This document shows positions 1-9,224 of a stretch of 36,843 nucleotides of DNA, piece after piece. Origin of the DNA: Betaproteobacteria bacterium (GTDB lineage Bacteria > Pseudomonadota > Gammaproteobacteria > Burkholderiales > JACQAP01); assembly GCA_043758735.1 (NCBI GenBank), contig JAYVMZ010000056.1, positions 1 to 36,843 on the forward strand. Direction: 5' to 3'. Position 1 is the first letter of the stretch. Every line of letters begins with the position of its first letter. A program made the translations under genes and the position numbers. Below the pieces are notes generated by a model. That model had not been told where the DNA came from. It saw nothing but the letters and a program-made list of their open reading frames with translations, and did no database searches.

Positions 1-1
1 C

Positions 2-934
2 GTGCAGCTGATCGACGTGACCAGCGGCGCGCATGTCTGGGCGGACCGGGTCGACGGCACGCTCGAAGACGTGTTCGAGCTTCAGGACCGCATCACCGAG
101 CGGGTGGCCGGCGCCATCCAGCCATCGATCCGTCTCGCTGAAATCGAGCGCGCGCGCCGCAAACGACCGCAGGACCTGGGAGCCTATGACCACGCAATGC
201 GCGCCATGCCTCACGTCTGGGCACTGGAAAAAGACGCAAGTGAGAAGGCGCTGGAGTTCCTCGACCAGGCGCTGGCGATCGATCCGGAATATCCGCTCGC
301 GCTCTCGCTCGCAAGCTGGTGCCACGCTCAGCGTGCGGTGTATAACTGGGACGACGATATCGATCTGGCGCGCAGCGACGCGCTGAGACACGCGGAAAAA
401 GCGGCCGAACTGGGTGGGGAAGACCCACTGATCCTCGCCGTGCTCGGTGCTGCGCACACGGTGATGCGCAATCACGGCACGGCGCGGGTCATGCTGGAGC
501 GCGCCGTGGCGATCGATCCCAACGCGGCTTGGGCATGGAGCCGCCTGGGCTGGGTGGAAAACTACAGCGACCGGCCTGAGCGCGCAGTCGCGCATTTCGA
601 GCGGGCATTGCGGTTGAGCCCGCTGGACCCGATGAACTTCAACAATTATGTCGGCATTGGGTCCGCGCACGAAGTAGCCGGACGCTACGACGAGGCCGTT
701 GCGATGTACCGGCGTGCCCTGCAAGAGCGGCCTCACGCGTACTGGATTCTGCGCAACCTGGTATCGGCACTGGCCGGAGCCGGGCACATGGACGAGGCGG
801 CGGCCGAATTCAAGCGCCTGATGGCTGCCTATCCGGACCTGACCGTGACCAAATACAGGAACGCAATGGTCTTCTCGTCCGCGACGATCGACCGGATGTG
901 TGGAAATCTCAGGAAGGTGGGCTTGCCGGACTGA
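2..934 (+). CDS. TPR-repeat protein, C-terminal portion (5' end lies outside the window)
   Basis: The frame is open from the window edge to the stop at 932-934. The translation shows successive TPR-like helical repeats (ALAIDPEYPLAL, AVAIDPNAAWAW, ALRLSPLDPMNF, YRRALQERPHAYW). This module resembles the TolB-like/TPR tail of adenylate-cyclase or winged-helix regulators. The GTG at position 2 is not a real start. Confidence 0.7.
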   Translation: MQLIDVTSGAHVWADRVDGTLEDVFELQDRITERVAGAIQPSIRLAEIERARRKRPQDLGAYDHAMRAMPHVWALEKDASEKALEFLDQALAIDPEYPLALSLASWCHAQRAVYNWDDDIDLARSDALRHAEKAAELGGEDPLILAVLGAAHTVMRNHGTARVMLERAVAIDPNAAWAWSRLGWVENYSDRPERAVAHFERALRLSPLDPMNFNNYVGIGSAHEVAGRYDEAVAMYRRALQERPHAYWILRNLVSALAGAGHMDEAAAEFKRLMAAYPDLTVTKYRNAMVFSSATIDRMCGNLRKVGLPD

Positions 935-1004
935 GGAAAAGCGCGTTTTTGCTCAGTCCGGTGGGCGATTCCGCGAAGGGCGTGCGGGCTTCGGGGGCGC
1001 GGAT

Positions 1005-1910
<906 letters not shown>

Positions 1911-1947
1911 CTAAAGGTTAAATTTTCAACAAAAGTCAAAATCTCAA

Positions 1948-2128
1948 CACGGAGGCACGGAGAGCACGGAGAACACAGAGAAAAAACAGAGACGTTTGGC
2001 AAAAGCCGCGCAACTGTTCGTGGACTTTATCTGCCAATTTTCGCGGGGATGCATTTTCGAAAGAAACATTTCATCCCAAGTCATTTCTCTGTTGTTGTCT
2101 TTCCTCTGTGACCTCCGTGCTCTCTGTG
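1948..2128. repeat. Imperfect long inverted repeat; both arms are tandem CACRGAGRR units (element A)
   Basis: The left arm (1948-1992) reads CACGGAGG CACGGAGAG CACGGAGAA CACAGAGAA AAAACAGAGA. The right arm (2086-2128) is the reverse-complement type (CACAGAGAG CACGGAGGT CACAGAGGA ...). A 93-nt, more AT-rich spacer separates them. Confidence 0.7.
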
Positions 2129-2129
2129 T

Positions 2130-2172
2130 CTAAAAGGGTACTCCACGCTTCGCGAGGGTATCCGTGTTAGGT
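2130..2172 (-). repeat. 43-nt repeat, copy 1 (identical to 6404..6446); terminator-like hairpin plus U4 on the minus strand
   Basis: The exact string ctaaaagggtactccacgcttcgcgagggtatccgtgttaggt occurs at both loci. Read on the minus strand it is GGAUACCCUCGCGAAGCGUGGAGUACCC followed by UUUU. It begins 14 nt after the coxM-like stop. Confidence 0.75.
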
Positions 2173-2185
2173 TTAGGCCCTAACG

Positions 2186-2986
2186 TCATTTGGACAATGC
2201 CTGAGAGACGGCGCGTTGGGCCATGACGGTAACGAGGTGGGCGCGATACTCCGCGGTGGCATGGATATCGGTATTCAGATTTGCAGACGGTACCTTGATT
2301 GCTTTCAGCGCATCGGCCGAGAACGATTTGGCCAGCGCCTTTTCCATCTCGGGGATGCGGAATACGCTCGGCCCGGCGCCGGTCGCGGCGACCCGCATGC
2401 CGCTGGCGCTTTCAGCAACGAATACACCGACCATTGCATAACGCGATGCCGGGTTCTTGAATTTCATGTAGCCGGCGCGTTTCGGTATGGGAAAGGAAAC
2501 CGAGGTGATGATCTCGCCCGGTTCGAGCGCGGTCTCGTACATTCCCGTGAAAAATGCATCGGCCCCGATCTTGCGTTTTCTGGTGACGACGGTCGCGCCC
2601 AGTCCGACCAATGCCGCGGGGTAATCCGCCGCGGGATCGTTGTTGGCGACCGAACCGCCTATCGTGCCCATGTTGCGCACCATCGGGTCGCCGATGCTGG
2701 CCGCGAGCAACGCCAACGCCGGAATGGCTTTCGCGACTTCCTTTGATGCGGCGACCGTGGCGTGCGTGGTCATCGCGCCGATCGTGACGTTTGCGTCTTC
2801 GACCTTGATCCCGCGCAATTCCGCGATGCCGCCGAGATCGATGACATCCGCCGGCGCCGACAGGCGCATCTTCATGGCGGCGATCAGCGTCTGTCCGCCG
2901 GCCAGCAGCCGGGCGTCGTCCGAAGCGGCGAACTTCGCCGTTGCGTCCGCGACGCTCGAAGCCTTGTGGTAATTGAATGCATGCAT
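2186..2986 (-). CDS. Molybdenum hydroxylase FAD-binding medium subunit (CoxM/CutM-like)
   Basis: ATG at 2986 is preceded by GAGGGA. The N-terminus F.YH.A.S..EA......D.A.LLAGGQTL and the motif GTIGGS..NNDPA are typical of the xanthine dehydrogenase family FAD subunit. Confidence 0.88.
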   Translation of the reverse strand: MHAFNYHKASSVADATAKFAASDDARLLAGGQTLIAAMKMRLSAPADVIDLGGIAELRGIKVEDANVTIGAMTTHATVAASKEVAKAIPALALLAASIGDPMVRNMGTIGGSVANNDPAADYPAALVGLGATVVTRKRKIGADAFFTGMYETALEPGEIITSVSFPIPKRAGYMKFKNPASRYAMVGVFVAESASGMRVAATGAGPSVFRIPEMEKALAKSFSADALKAIKVPSANLNTDIHATAEYRAHLVTVMAQRAVSQALSK

Positions 2987-3038
2987 GATTAATCCCTCTA
3001 TCTGATCGGCATTGCCAAGTTAGATCTCAATCCTGAAT

Positions 3039-3103
3039 CTCAACGCAAAGGCGCAAATACGCTTCGTGCGTAGCACGTCGGGTATTTGCGCCTTTGCGTT
3101 GAG
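3039..3103. repeat. Perfect 22-bp-stem hairpin (21-nt loop) in the coxS-like / coxM-like intergenic gap
   Basis: ctcaacgcaaaggcgcaaatac (3039-3060) pairs perfectly with gtatttgcgcctttgcgttgag (3082-3103). The arm is made of CGCAAAGG / CGCAAATA units. The lead-in AATCTCAAC is also found at 1940-1948 beside element A. Confidence 0.8.
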
Positions 3104-3112
3104 GTGTGATTC

Positions 3113-3577
3113 TTAGGCCTTAGCAGCGGCCTGGACGGCTTTGACGATATTGTGATAACCGGTGCAGCGGCACAGGTTGCCGTCGAGTTCGGCGCGGATC
3201 TGTTCCTCGCTTGGATGCGGGTGGCGCTTGAGCAGGTCGATGGCGCTCATGACCATGCCGGGGGTGCAATAGCCGCATTGCAGGCCATGGTGATCGCGGA
3301 ACGCGGCCTGCATGGGGTGCATGGTGCCGTCTTCCTTAGCCAGGCCTTCGATGGTCAGGATTGTGCTGCCCTGGGCCTGGACCGCCAGCATGTTGCAGCA
3401 TTTGACCGCCGTGCCGTTCATGTGGATCGTGCAGGCGCCGCATTGCGCGGTGTCGCAGCCGATATGCGTGCCGGTAAGGCGCAGCGTGTCGCGGATGAAA
3501 TCCACCAGCAGGGTGCGCGGCTCCACGTCGGCACTGACGGGTTTTCCGTTCACGGTCATGGAAAGCCGGACTGGCAT
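3113..3577 (-). CDS. Molybdenum hydroxylase [2Fe-2S] small subunit (CoxS-like)
   Basis: Both 2Fe-2S cysteine clusters are present ([11 protein letters not shown]..., [15 protein letters not shown]). I chose the internal ATG at 3577 because GAAGGAAA lies 5 nt upstream. The ORF-track start at 3637 adds a non-conserved leader. Confidence 0.88.
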   Translation of the reverse strand: MPVRLSMTVNGKPVSADVEPRTLLVDFIRDTLRLTGTHIGCDTAQCGACTIHMNGTAVKCCNMLAVQAQGSTILTIEGLAKEDGTMHPMQAAFRDHHGLQCGYCTPGMVMSAIDLLKRHPHPSEEQIRAELDGNLCRCTGYHNIVKAVQAAAKA

Positions 3578-3734
3578 GGGTATTTCCTTCTGGGCAGGTG
3601 GGAGCCGGGTACCCGGCGGAAGTACAATCCTAGACAACCGCGGCGGTCAGGGCAACCTGAACATTCGATGCGATCGTGGCGTAGAATCCGACGACATTTA
3701 ACTTTCCACAGCATAACGGAACCGGGATAACAAC

Positions 3735-6038
3735 ATGGCAAAGTTCGGTATCGGTCAAGCGATGACCCGCAGGGAAGACCAGCGCCTGCTGTTCGGCACG
3801 GGCCAGTATGTGGACGACGTGGCGGTTGCAAACGAGGTCTTCGTCGCCTTCGTGCGTTCGCCGCACGCGCATGCGCGCATCGCCTCGATCGACGCCGGAT
3901 CGGCCAAAAAGATGCCCGGCGTGGTAACCGTGCTGACCGGCGCGGACCTGAAGGCGGACGGCATCGGACCATTGCCAGACGGGGACGGCCTGAAACGCGC
4001 CGATGGCAAGCCGATGTGCGGCGCGCCACACCATGCCCTGGCCATCGATACGGCGCGCTATGTCGGCGAACCCGTGGCTGCAGTGTTCGCGCAGACCCGC
4101 ATACAGGCGGAGGATGCCGCCGAGCAGGTGATGGTGGAATACAAGGAACAGCCCGCGGTCGTGACTATCGAAGCCGCCACCGCAAAGGGCGCGCCCGTCC
4201 TGTGGGCGGATGCGCCCGGCAATATCGCGGCACAGACGGAATTCGGCAAGAAGGACTTGTGCGATGCGGCCTTTGCCAGGGCCAAGCACGTGACCAGGTT
4301 GTCCTTGTACAACCAGCGCCTTGTGCCGGTGAGCATGGAACCGCGCGGCAGCATCGCGGAATTCGATCCGGCCAGTGGGCGCGTGACCTTGCGCACCAGT
4401 TGCCAGAATCCGGCGGGTCTGCAGAAAACCCTGGCGGAAGCCTGCCTGAAGGTCCCGATGAAGGATGTGCGCGTCATCGTGGGCGATGTCGGCGGCGGTT
4501 TCGGCATGAAGACGCAGTTGTATGCCGAAGACGTGGTCTGCGCCTGGGGCGCGCGCAAACTGAAGCGTCCGGTGCACTGGCGCGCGAGCCGCAGCGAGGA
4601 ATTCCTCGGCGGCAACCATGGCCGCGACCAGATCAACCACGCCGAGATCGCCTTCGATGCCGATGGCAAGATCCTCGGCTTGCGCGTCAATATCATCGGC
4701 AACATCGGTGCGCATGCCAGCGGCCCCGGTGCCGTGATCGTGGTCGCCGTCGGGCCGAAAGTGATTACCGGCGTGTATCACGTGCCCGCGCTGCATTTGC
4801 GCGGCACCGCGGTGATGACCAATACCAACCTGGTCGGCGCGTATCGCGGCGCTGGCCGCCCTGAAGCGATCTACCTGATTGAGCGCCTGATGGACCAGGC
4901 TGCCGCCGAGATGAAAATGGACCCCGCGGAATTGCGCCGACGCAATTTCATCCAGCCTTCGCAGATGCCGTACAAGACGCCGATGGGCGAAAAATTCGAC
5001 AGTGGCAATTTTCCGCACATGCTCGAGCGCATCCTGGAAGCCTCAGACTGGAAAGGTTATGCGGCTCGGCGCGACGAATCGCGCAAACGCGGCAAGTTGC
5101 GCGGTCATGCGCTGTCGACTTTCCTGGAATGGACCGGTGTCGTGCATGAGGAGACCGTGAACCTGCATGTGGAGGCCGACGGGCGTGTGCTGGTTTACAC
5201 CGCGATGCAGGCAATGGGACAGGGCATCGAGACGAGCTATGTGCAGATTCTTTCCGAAACCCTGGACATCGATCCGGACAAGATCGTCATCGTGCAAGGC
5301 GACAGCGATATTGCCCAGGGCATCGGCAGCATGGGCAGCCGCTCGCTTTATATCGGCGGGTCCGCAATGCTGACAGCGTCGAAACAGACCATAGAAAAAG
5401 GCCGCGAATTGGCGGGCGATGCGTTGGAAGCGGCCGGACAGGATATCGTCTACAGCGACGGCCGCTTCAAGGTGGCAGGGACGGACCTGGGGATCGGATT
5501 GTTCGAGTTGGCGGCGAAGCAGCCGGAAAAGCGCATTGCGATTTCGACCTTGCAGAAAGTAGACGGCCCGTCGTGGCCGAACAGCTGCCATGTTTGCGAA
5601 GTCGAGATCGATCCGGATACCGGCGTCACCCAGATCGTGCGCTACACGACCATGGACGATGTCGGCCGCGTGATCAACCCGCTTATCGTTGCGGGCCAGG
5701 TGCACGGCGGCATCGCGCAGGCTGTTGGCCAGGCTTTGATGGAAAACACGCATTACGATCCGGACACCGGCCAGCTCATCACCGGCTCCTTGCAGGATTA
5801 CTGCCTGCCGCGCGCGGACGACCTGCCGAGCTTCAACACGAATACCGATGAGACCACGCCGTGCAAGATCAATCCGCTCGGGGCGAAAGGCGTCGGCGAA
5901 CTCGGCACGGTCGGCGGCACGCCAACTGTCATGAATGCGGTCATCGATGCGCTGCGTCACCTCGGCGTCAAACAGATCGAGATGCCGGCGACGCCTGAGA
6001 AGGTTTGGCGGGCGATCAATCAGACCAAAGCTGCTTAG
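3735..6038 (+). CDS. Molybdopterin-binding large subunit, form-II CoxL-like (xanthine dehydrogenase family)
   Basis: 767 aa. The N-terminus is ...R.ED.RLL.G.G.Y.DD. The active-site loop reads GAYRGAGRPEA, the AYRGAGR type, not the AYxCSFR of true CO dehydrogenases. Confidence 0.9.
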   Translation: MAKFGIGQAMTRREDQRLLFGTGQYVDDVAVANEVFVAFVRSPHAHARIASIDAGSAKKMPGVVTVLTGADLKADGIGPLPDGDGLKRADGKPMCGAPHHALAIDTARYVGEPVAAVFAQTRIQAEDAAEQVMVEYKEQPAVVTIEAATAKGAPVLWADAPGNIAAQTEFGKKDLCDAAFARAKHVTRLSLYNQRLVPVSMEPRGSIAEFDPASGRVTLRTSCQNPAGLQKTLAEACLKVPMKDVRVIVGDVGGGFGMKTQLYAEDVVCAWGARKLKRPVHWRASRSEEFLGGNHGRDQINHAEIAFDADGKILGLRVNIIGNIGAHASGPGAVIVVAVGPKVITGVYHVPALHLRGTAVMTNTNLVGAYRGAGRPEAIYLIERLMDQAAAEMKMDPAELRRRNFIQPSQMPYKTPMGEKFDSGNFPHMLERILEASDWKGYAARRDESRKRGKLRGHALSTFLEWTGVVHEETVNLHVEADGRVLVYTAMQAMGQGIETSYVQILSETLDIDPDKIVIVQGDSDIAQGIGSMGSRSLYIGGSAMLTASKQTIEKGRELAGDALEAAGQDIVYSDGRFKVAGTDLGIGLFELAAKQPEKRIAISTLQKVDGPSWPNSCHVCEVEIDPDTGVTQIVRYTTMDDVGRVINPLIVAGQVHGGIAQAVGQALMENTHYDPDTGQLITGSLQDYCLPRADDLPSFNTNTDETTPCKINPLGAKGVGELGTVGGTPTVMNAVIDALRHLGVKQIEMPATPEKVWRAINQTKAA

Positions 6039-6079
6039 GATGGACACCCAACGCCTGTGCGTTGGATTGAAGTCATGAT

Positions 6080-6111
6080 AAAAAAGCCCCGGATATCCGG
6101 GGCTTTTTTTT
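6080..6111. terminator. Bidirectional rho-independent terminator
   Basis: The GC stem gccccgg/ccggggc has an atat loop (6086-6103). It is flanked by A6 upstream and T8 downstream. It sits between the convergent coxL-like gene and the small minus-strand ORF. Confidence 0.85.
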
Positions 6112-6128
6112 GGAACATCTGTCTTTGC

Positions 6129-6260
6129 TTACTTGTGGCCGCGTTGCTTGGGCCAGAGTTCCGCGTTCAGTTTCATCTGTTCCTTGCCGAGTGACATCAC
6201 CCAGTAGAGACATCCGATGATTACGGTGAGGGGGCCGAGGAGCAGGATTGCGCTGTTCAT
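6129..6260 (-). CDS. Small hydrophobic protein, 43 aa (MNSAILLLGPLTVIIGCLYWVMSLGKEQMKLNAELWPKQRGHK); not in the ORF track
   Basis: ATG at 6260 has AGGAGAA 7 nt upstream. There is one predicted TM segment, a TAA stop at 6129-6131, and the bidirectional terminator follows directly. Translated by hand. Confidence 0.55.
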   Translation of the reverse strand: MNSAILLLGPLTVIIGCLYWVMSLGKEQMKLNAELWPKQRGHK

Positions 6261-6403
6261 GCTTTATTCTCCTGAATAGGTGGGGGTGGTGGACGCCCCG
6301 ATTTTGTGCGCGGGCTAGGCGGAGCTTTTGGCTCGGACCCGAATAAGAATCGCGGCGGCGCGGCATCATACCCGATCCTCCATCAGGAGATACAACCCCA
6401 TGC

Positions 6404-6446
6404 CTAAAAGGGTACTCCACGCTTCGCGAGGGTATCCGTGTTAGGT
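6404..6446 (-). repeat. 43-nt repeat, copy 2 (identical to 2130..2172)
   Basis: Exact 43/43 match to copy 1 in the same orientation. It begins 11 nt after the stop of the DpgC-like gene on the minus strand. Confidence 0.75.
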
Positions 6447-6456
6447 GGAGACCACC

Positions 6457-7872
6457 TTAGAGTTTTCGGTTCTTGGCGTTCCAGTGTTTTTCCAGATTGG
6501 AAATCAGCGCCGGGCTGAAATGGCAGTAGGCCTGCTCCAGGGCGTAGGTGGCGAAGTAGCGGCGGAAAAGGTCGAGCGGTTCCTGCGTGACGCGGAAGGC
6601 GCGCCGGTTCGAGGCGGCGCTGACGATGCCGGAACTGGTGAGGTTGTCGACCACGCGTTCGATCGCGCCGTCCATGTCTGCCGGTTCGACGATTTCGTCG
6701 CAGATCAACCGGCCTTCCGGGCTGTCACAGTCCAGCCGGCGCTCGTACATGATGGCCTGGCGTGCAATGCGTTCGCCGGTAAAACGCGGCAGCCTCATAT
6801 TAGCCGCGCCCGGAATGATGCCTTCCTTGCGCGCGGGCAGGCTCAGGAAAGCGCCGCGTGCCGCCAGCACATAATCCATCGTCAGCAGATACTGGCAGTG
6901 TCCGCCGATGGCGAACTGTTCGACCACGGCGACCCATGGTTTCTCGATGGTTTGCCCGTTCACGTCGTCCGGCGTCATGTCCTCGTGCGCGACGCCGCGG
7001 AAGAATTTGTTGACGATGCCCAGGTCGCGCTGCAGATACCAGATGAACGGCACCTTGCCGTAGTACAGATGGGTGAGGTTGATGCCGCTGCCGAGCATGC
7101 GTTTGCCGTCGTATTTTCCGCCCTGCACGTAATCGCCGCGCAATACACCGATCTGGGTTTGCGTATCGAGGATCGCAAGATCGACGGCGATCTCCGCCGC
7201 ATCGATCGTAGTGTCGTCTTCGGCATTGAGATGGCGCGGATTTTTCTGCAGCACATAAGACGCGTTGCCCTTGCGGGTGATTTCGGCGGCGCCGAGGTCG
7301 AGGTGGCCGGTCCTTTCGTATTCGGCAAGTTGTGCGATGGATTCCGGTCGCGGCAGGAGCATGGCATGGCACAGGTGTGTTCCGGCGCGCACATCGGCAA
7401 GTATTTTCGAAACGAAAATCCCCTGGTCGACTTCGTACCCTTCCTTGTCGCGTTGCATAAGTGCCAGCTCGGCGTCGACCTGGGCGTGCGTGGGCGTCAG
7501 GCCGGGTACCAGTACAGCCGCGTCATAAATCAATTGTTCGACGCGTACAAAGCGCGTGCGATTGCGCGTCAGTCGATCGTAGAGCGCGCTCGCATGGGCC
7601 GAAAGAAAACGCGTACGCACTTCGCGCGCGACCCGCTTGATGTGTTCCGCAGCTTCGATCTGTCCGGCATTGCGCACCGGCTTTGCGGGAAGTCGCGCCA
7701 GCAATGCGGCGCTGGCCTGCCAGAACGGCGAATAGCGCGCGCAGTCACTGGTGAAATCACTGGTGTCGAGGGGCGCCGCCGCGCGCCACGATTCAATCGC
7801 CTCGTTGCCGAGGCTGGTCCGTTGCAGGCATTCAGCCTCCCGGGCGTATGGTCTGGCTGCCGCTGACGACAT
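6457..7872 (-). CDS. Crotonase-fold protein with about 200-aa N-terminal extension, DpgC-like (dihydroxyphenylacetyl-CoA dioxygenase family)
   Basis: The C-terminal half carries the enoyl-CoA hydratase core (KPWVAVVEQFAIGGHCQYLLTMDYVLAARGAFLSLPARKEGIIPGAANMRLPRFTG). The size and domain order match DpgC-type enzymes. ATG at 7872 is preceded by GAGAGGGGAA, which overlaps the end of the ligase gene. Confidence 0.6.
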   Translation of the reverse strand: MSSAAARPYAREAECLQRTSLGNEAIESWRAAAPLDTSDFTSDCARYSPFWQASAALLARLPAKPVRNAGQIEAAEHIKRVAREVRTRFLSAHASALYDRLTRNRTRFVRVEQLIYDAAVLVPGLTPTHAQVDAELALMQRDKEGYEVDQGIFVSKILADVRAGTHLCHAMLLPRPESIAQLAEYERTGHLDLGAAEITRKGNASYVLQKNPRHLNAEDDTTIDAAEIAVDLAILDTQTQIGVLRGDYVQGGKYDGKRMLGSGINLTHLYYGKVPFIWYLQRDLGIVNKFFRGVAHEDMTPDDVNGQTIEKPWVAVVEQFAIGGHCQYLLTMDYVLAARGAFLSLPARKEGIIPGAANMRLPRFTGERIARQAIMYERRLDCDSPEGRLICDEIVEPADMDGAIERVVDNLTSSGIVSAASNRRAFRVTQEPLDLFRRYFATYALEQAYCHFSPALISNLEKHWNAKNRKL

Positions 7873-7884
7873 GCTGTTCCCCTC

Positions 7885-9192
7885 TCAATGCTTCTGCCGC
7901 TTGTCGATGACGCGTACGGCTTTGCCCTGCGAACGCTGCAGGGTACCGGGCTCGACGACTTGCACTTTCGTACTCACGCCAATCAGGCCTTTGATCAGCC
8001 GTTCGACTTCCCCCTCGACGCCGCCACGGGTTTCGGCTGCAAGCGGCCCCGGGATGTCGGCGCGTCGTTCCACGAGCACGTCGAGCTCGTCCATGCGGCC
8101 ATCGCGGCGCACTTCGAGGACATAGTGCGGCGAGAGCATGGCCTGCTTCACGACGATCTCTTCGATCTGCGATGGAAAGACGTTGACGCCGCGAATGATG
8201 AGCATGTCGTCGCTGCGCCCGGTAACGCGGGCCATGCGACGCATGGTGCGCGCGGTGCCGGGCAGCAGCCGCGTGAGATCGCGCGTGCGGTAGCGAATGA
8301 TCGGCATGCCGACCTTGGTGAGCGAGGTAAACACGAGCTCCCCGCTTTCGCCGTCGGGCAATACCGTCCCGGTCAGTGGATCGATGATCTCGGGATAGAA
8401 ATGGTCTTCCCAGATGGTGAGGCCGTCGTGCGTTTCGATGCACTCCGCCGCTACGCCGGGGCCGATGACTTCGGACAATCCGTACAGGTCGAGTGCAACG
8501 ATGCCGAAGCGCCGTTCAAGTTGCGCCTGCATGCTCTCCGACCATGGCTCGGCGCCGAAGATGCCGATTCGCGGAGACGACTTCGCCGGGTCCAGGCCCT
8601 GGCGCACGAATTCGTCTGCGATCACCAGCAGATAGGACGGCGTGCACATGATGATGTCGGGCTTGAAATCGCAGATGAGCTTGACCTGGCGTTCGGTCAT
8701 GCCGCCGCCGCAGGGGATGACCGTCGCGCCGAGGGCCTCGGCCCCGTAATGCGCGCCCAGTCCGCCGGTGAACAGGCCGTAGCCGTACGCGATATGAACG
8801 ATGTCGGTGGACTTCGCGCCGGCTGCGCGCAGTGAGCGCGCCATGACGGAAGCCCACATTTCGATATCCTGCTTCGTATAACCGACCACCGTGGCCTTTC
8901 CGGTGGTGCCGCTGGACGCGTGGACGCGCACAATATCGTTCATGGGCACGGCGAACATGCCGAACGGATAGTTGTCGCGTAAGTCGGCCTTGGTCGTGAA
9001 CGGAAATTTCGCCAGGCCGGACAAGTCCTTCAGGTCGCCGGGGTGCGCGCCCGCGGCATCGAACGCCTGTCGATAGTGCGGCACGTGCTCGTAGGCGTGC
9101 CTGAGGCTCCAGCGCAGGCGGTCGAGTTGCAGCCGGCGCAATTCGTCGGTGCTGGCCTTCTCCACGTGCTCCAGCCGGTCCATCGCTCTCAT
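7885..9192 (-). CDS. paaK: Phenylacetate-CoA ligase family protein (PaaK-like aryl-acetate-CoA ligase)
   Basis: Motifs seen: SSGTTGK, YGLSE, GELVFTSL, RYRTRD and GRSDDMLIIRGVNVFP. I chose the ATG at 9192 (MRAMDRLEH..., GGAGAA upstream). The ORF-track extension to 9624 is arginine-rich noise that overlaps the upstream gene. Confidence 0.85.
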   Translation of the reverse strand: MRAMDRLEHVEKASTDELRRLQLDRLRWSLRHAYEHVPHYRQAFDAAGAHPGDLKDLSGLAKFPFTTKADLRDNYPFGMFAVPMNDIVRVHASSGTTGKATVVGYTKQDIEMWASVMARSLRAAGAKSTDIVHIAYGYGLFTGGLGAHYGAEALGATVIPCGGGMTERQVKLICDFKPDIIMCTPSYLLVIADEFVRQGLDPAKSSPRIGIFGAEPWSESMQAQLERRFGIVALDLYGLSEVIGPGVAAECIETHDGLTIWEDHFYPEIIDPLTGTVLPDGESGELVFTSLTKVGMPIIRYRTRDLTRLLPGTARTMRRMARVTGRSDDMLIIRGVNVFPSQIEEIVVKQAMLSPHYVLEVRRDGRMDELDVLVERRADIPGPLAAETRGGVEGEVERLIKGLIGVSTKVQVVEPGTLQRSQGKAVRVIDKRQKH

Positions 9193-9224
9193 GCGTTCTC
9201 CCCCCGCTGCGGATTCCTGACAGT

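Noticed and set aside
3630-5018. 462-aa minus-strand ORF antisense to the coxL-like gene. Similar long antisense ORFs occur at 900-1805, 6445-7866, 13298-14704, 27040-29073 and 28964-30436.
   Set aside because: These are typical high-GC shadow ORFs. Their translations are Arg/Ala/Gly/His/Asp-rich with no motifs, while the opposite strand carries unmistakable family motifs in every case.
6073-6420. 115-aa minus-strand ORF
   Set aside because: It runs through the bidirectional terminator and the 43-nt repeat. Its composition is Arg/Pro/His-rich. The 43-codon ORF in another frame has the ribosome-binding site.
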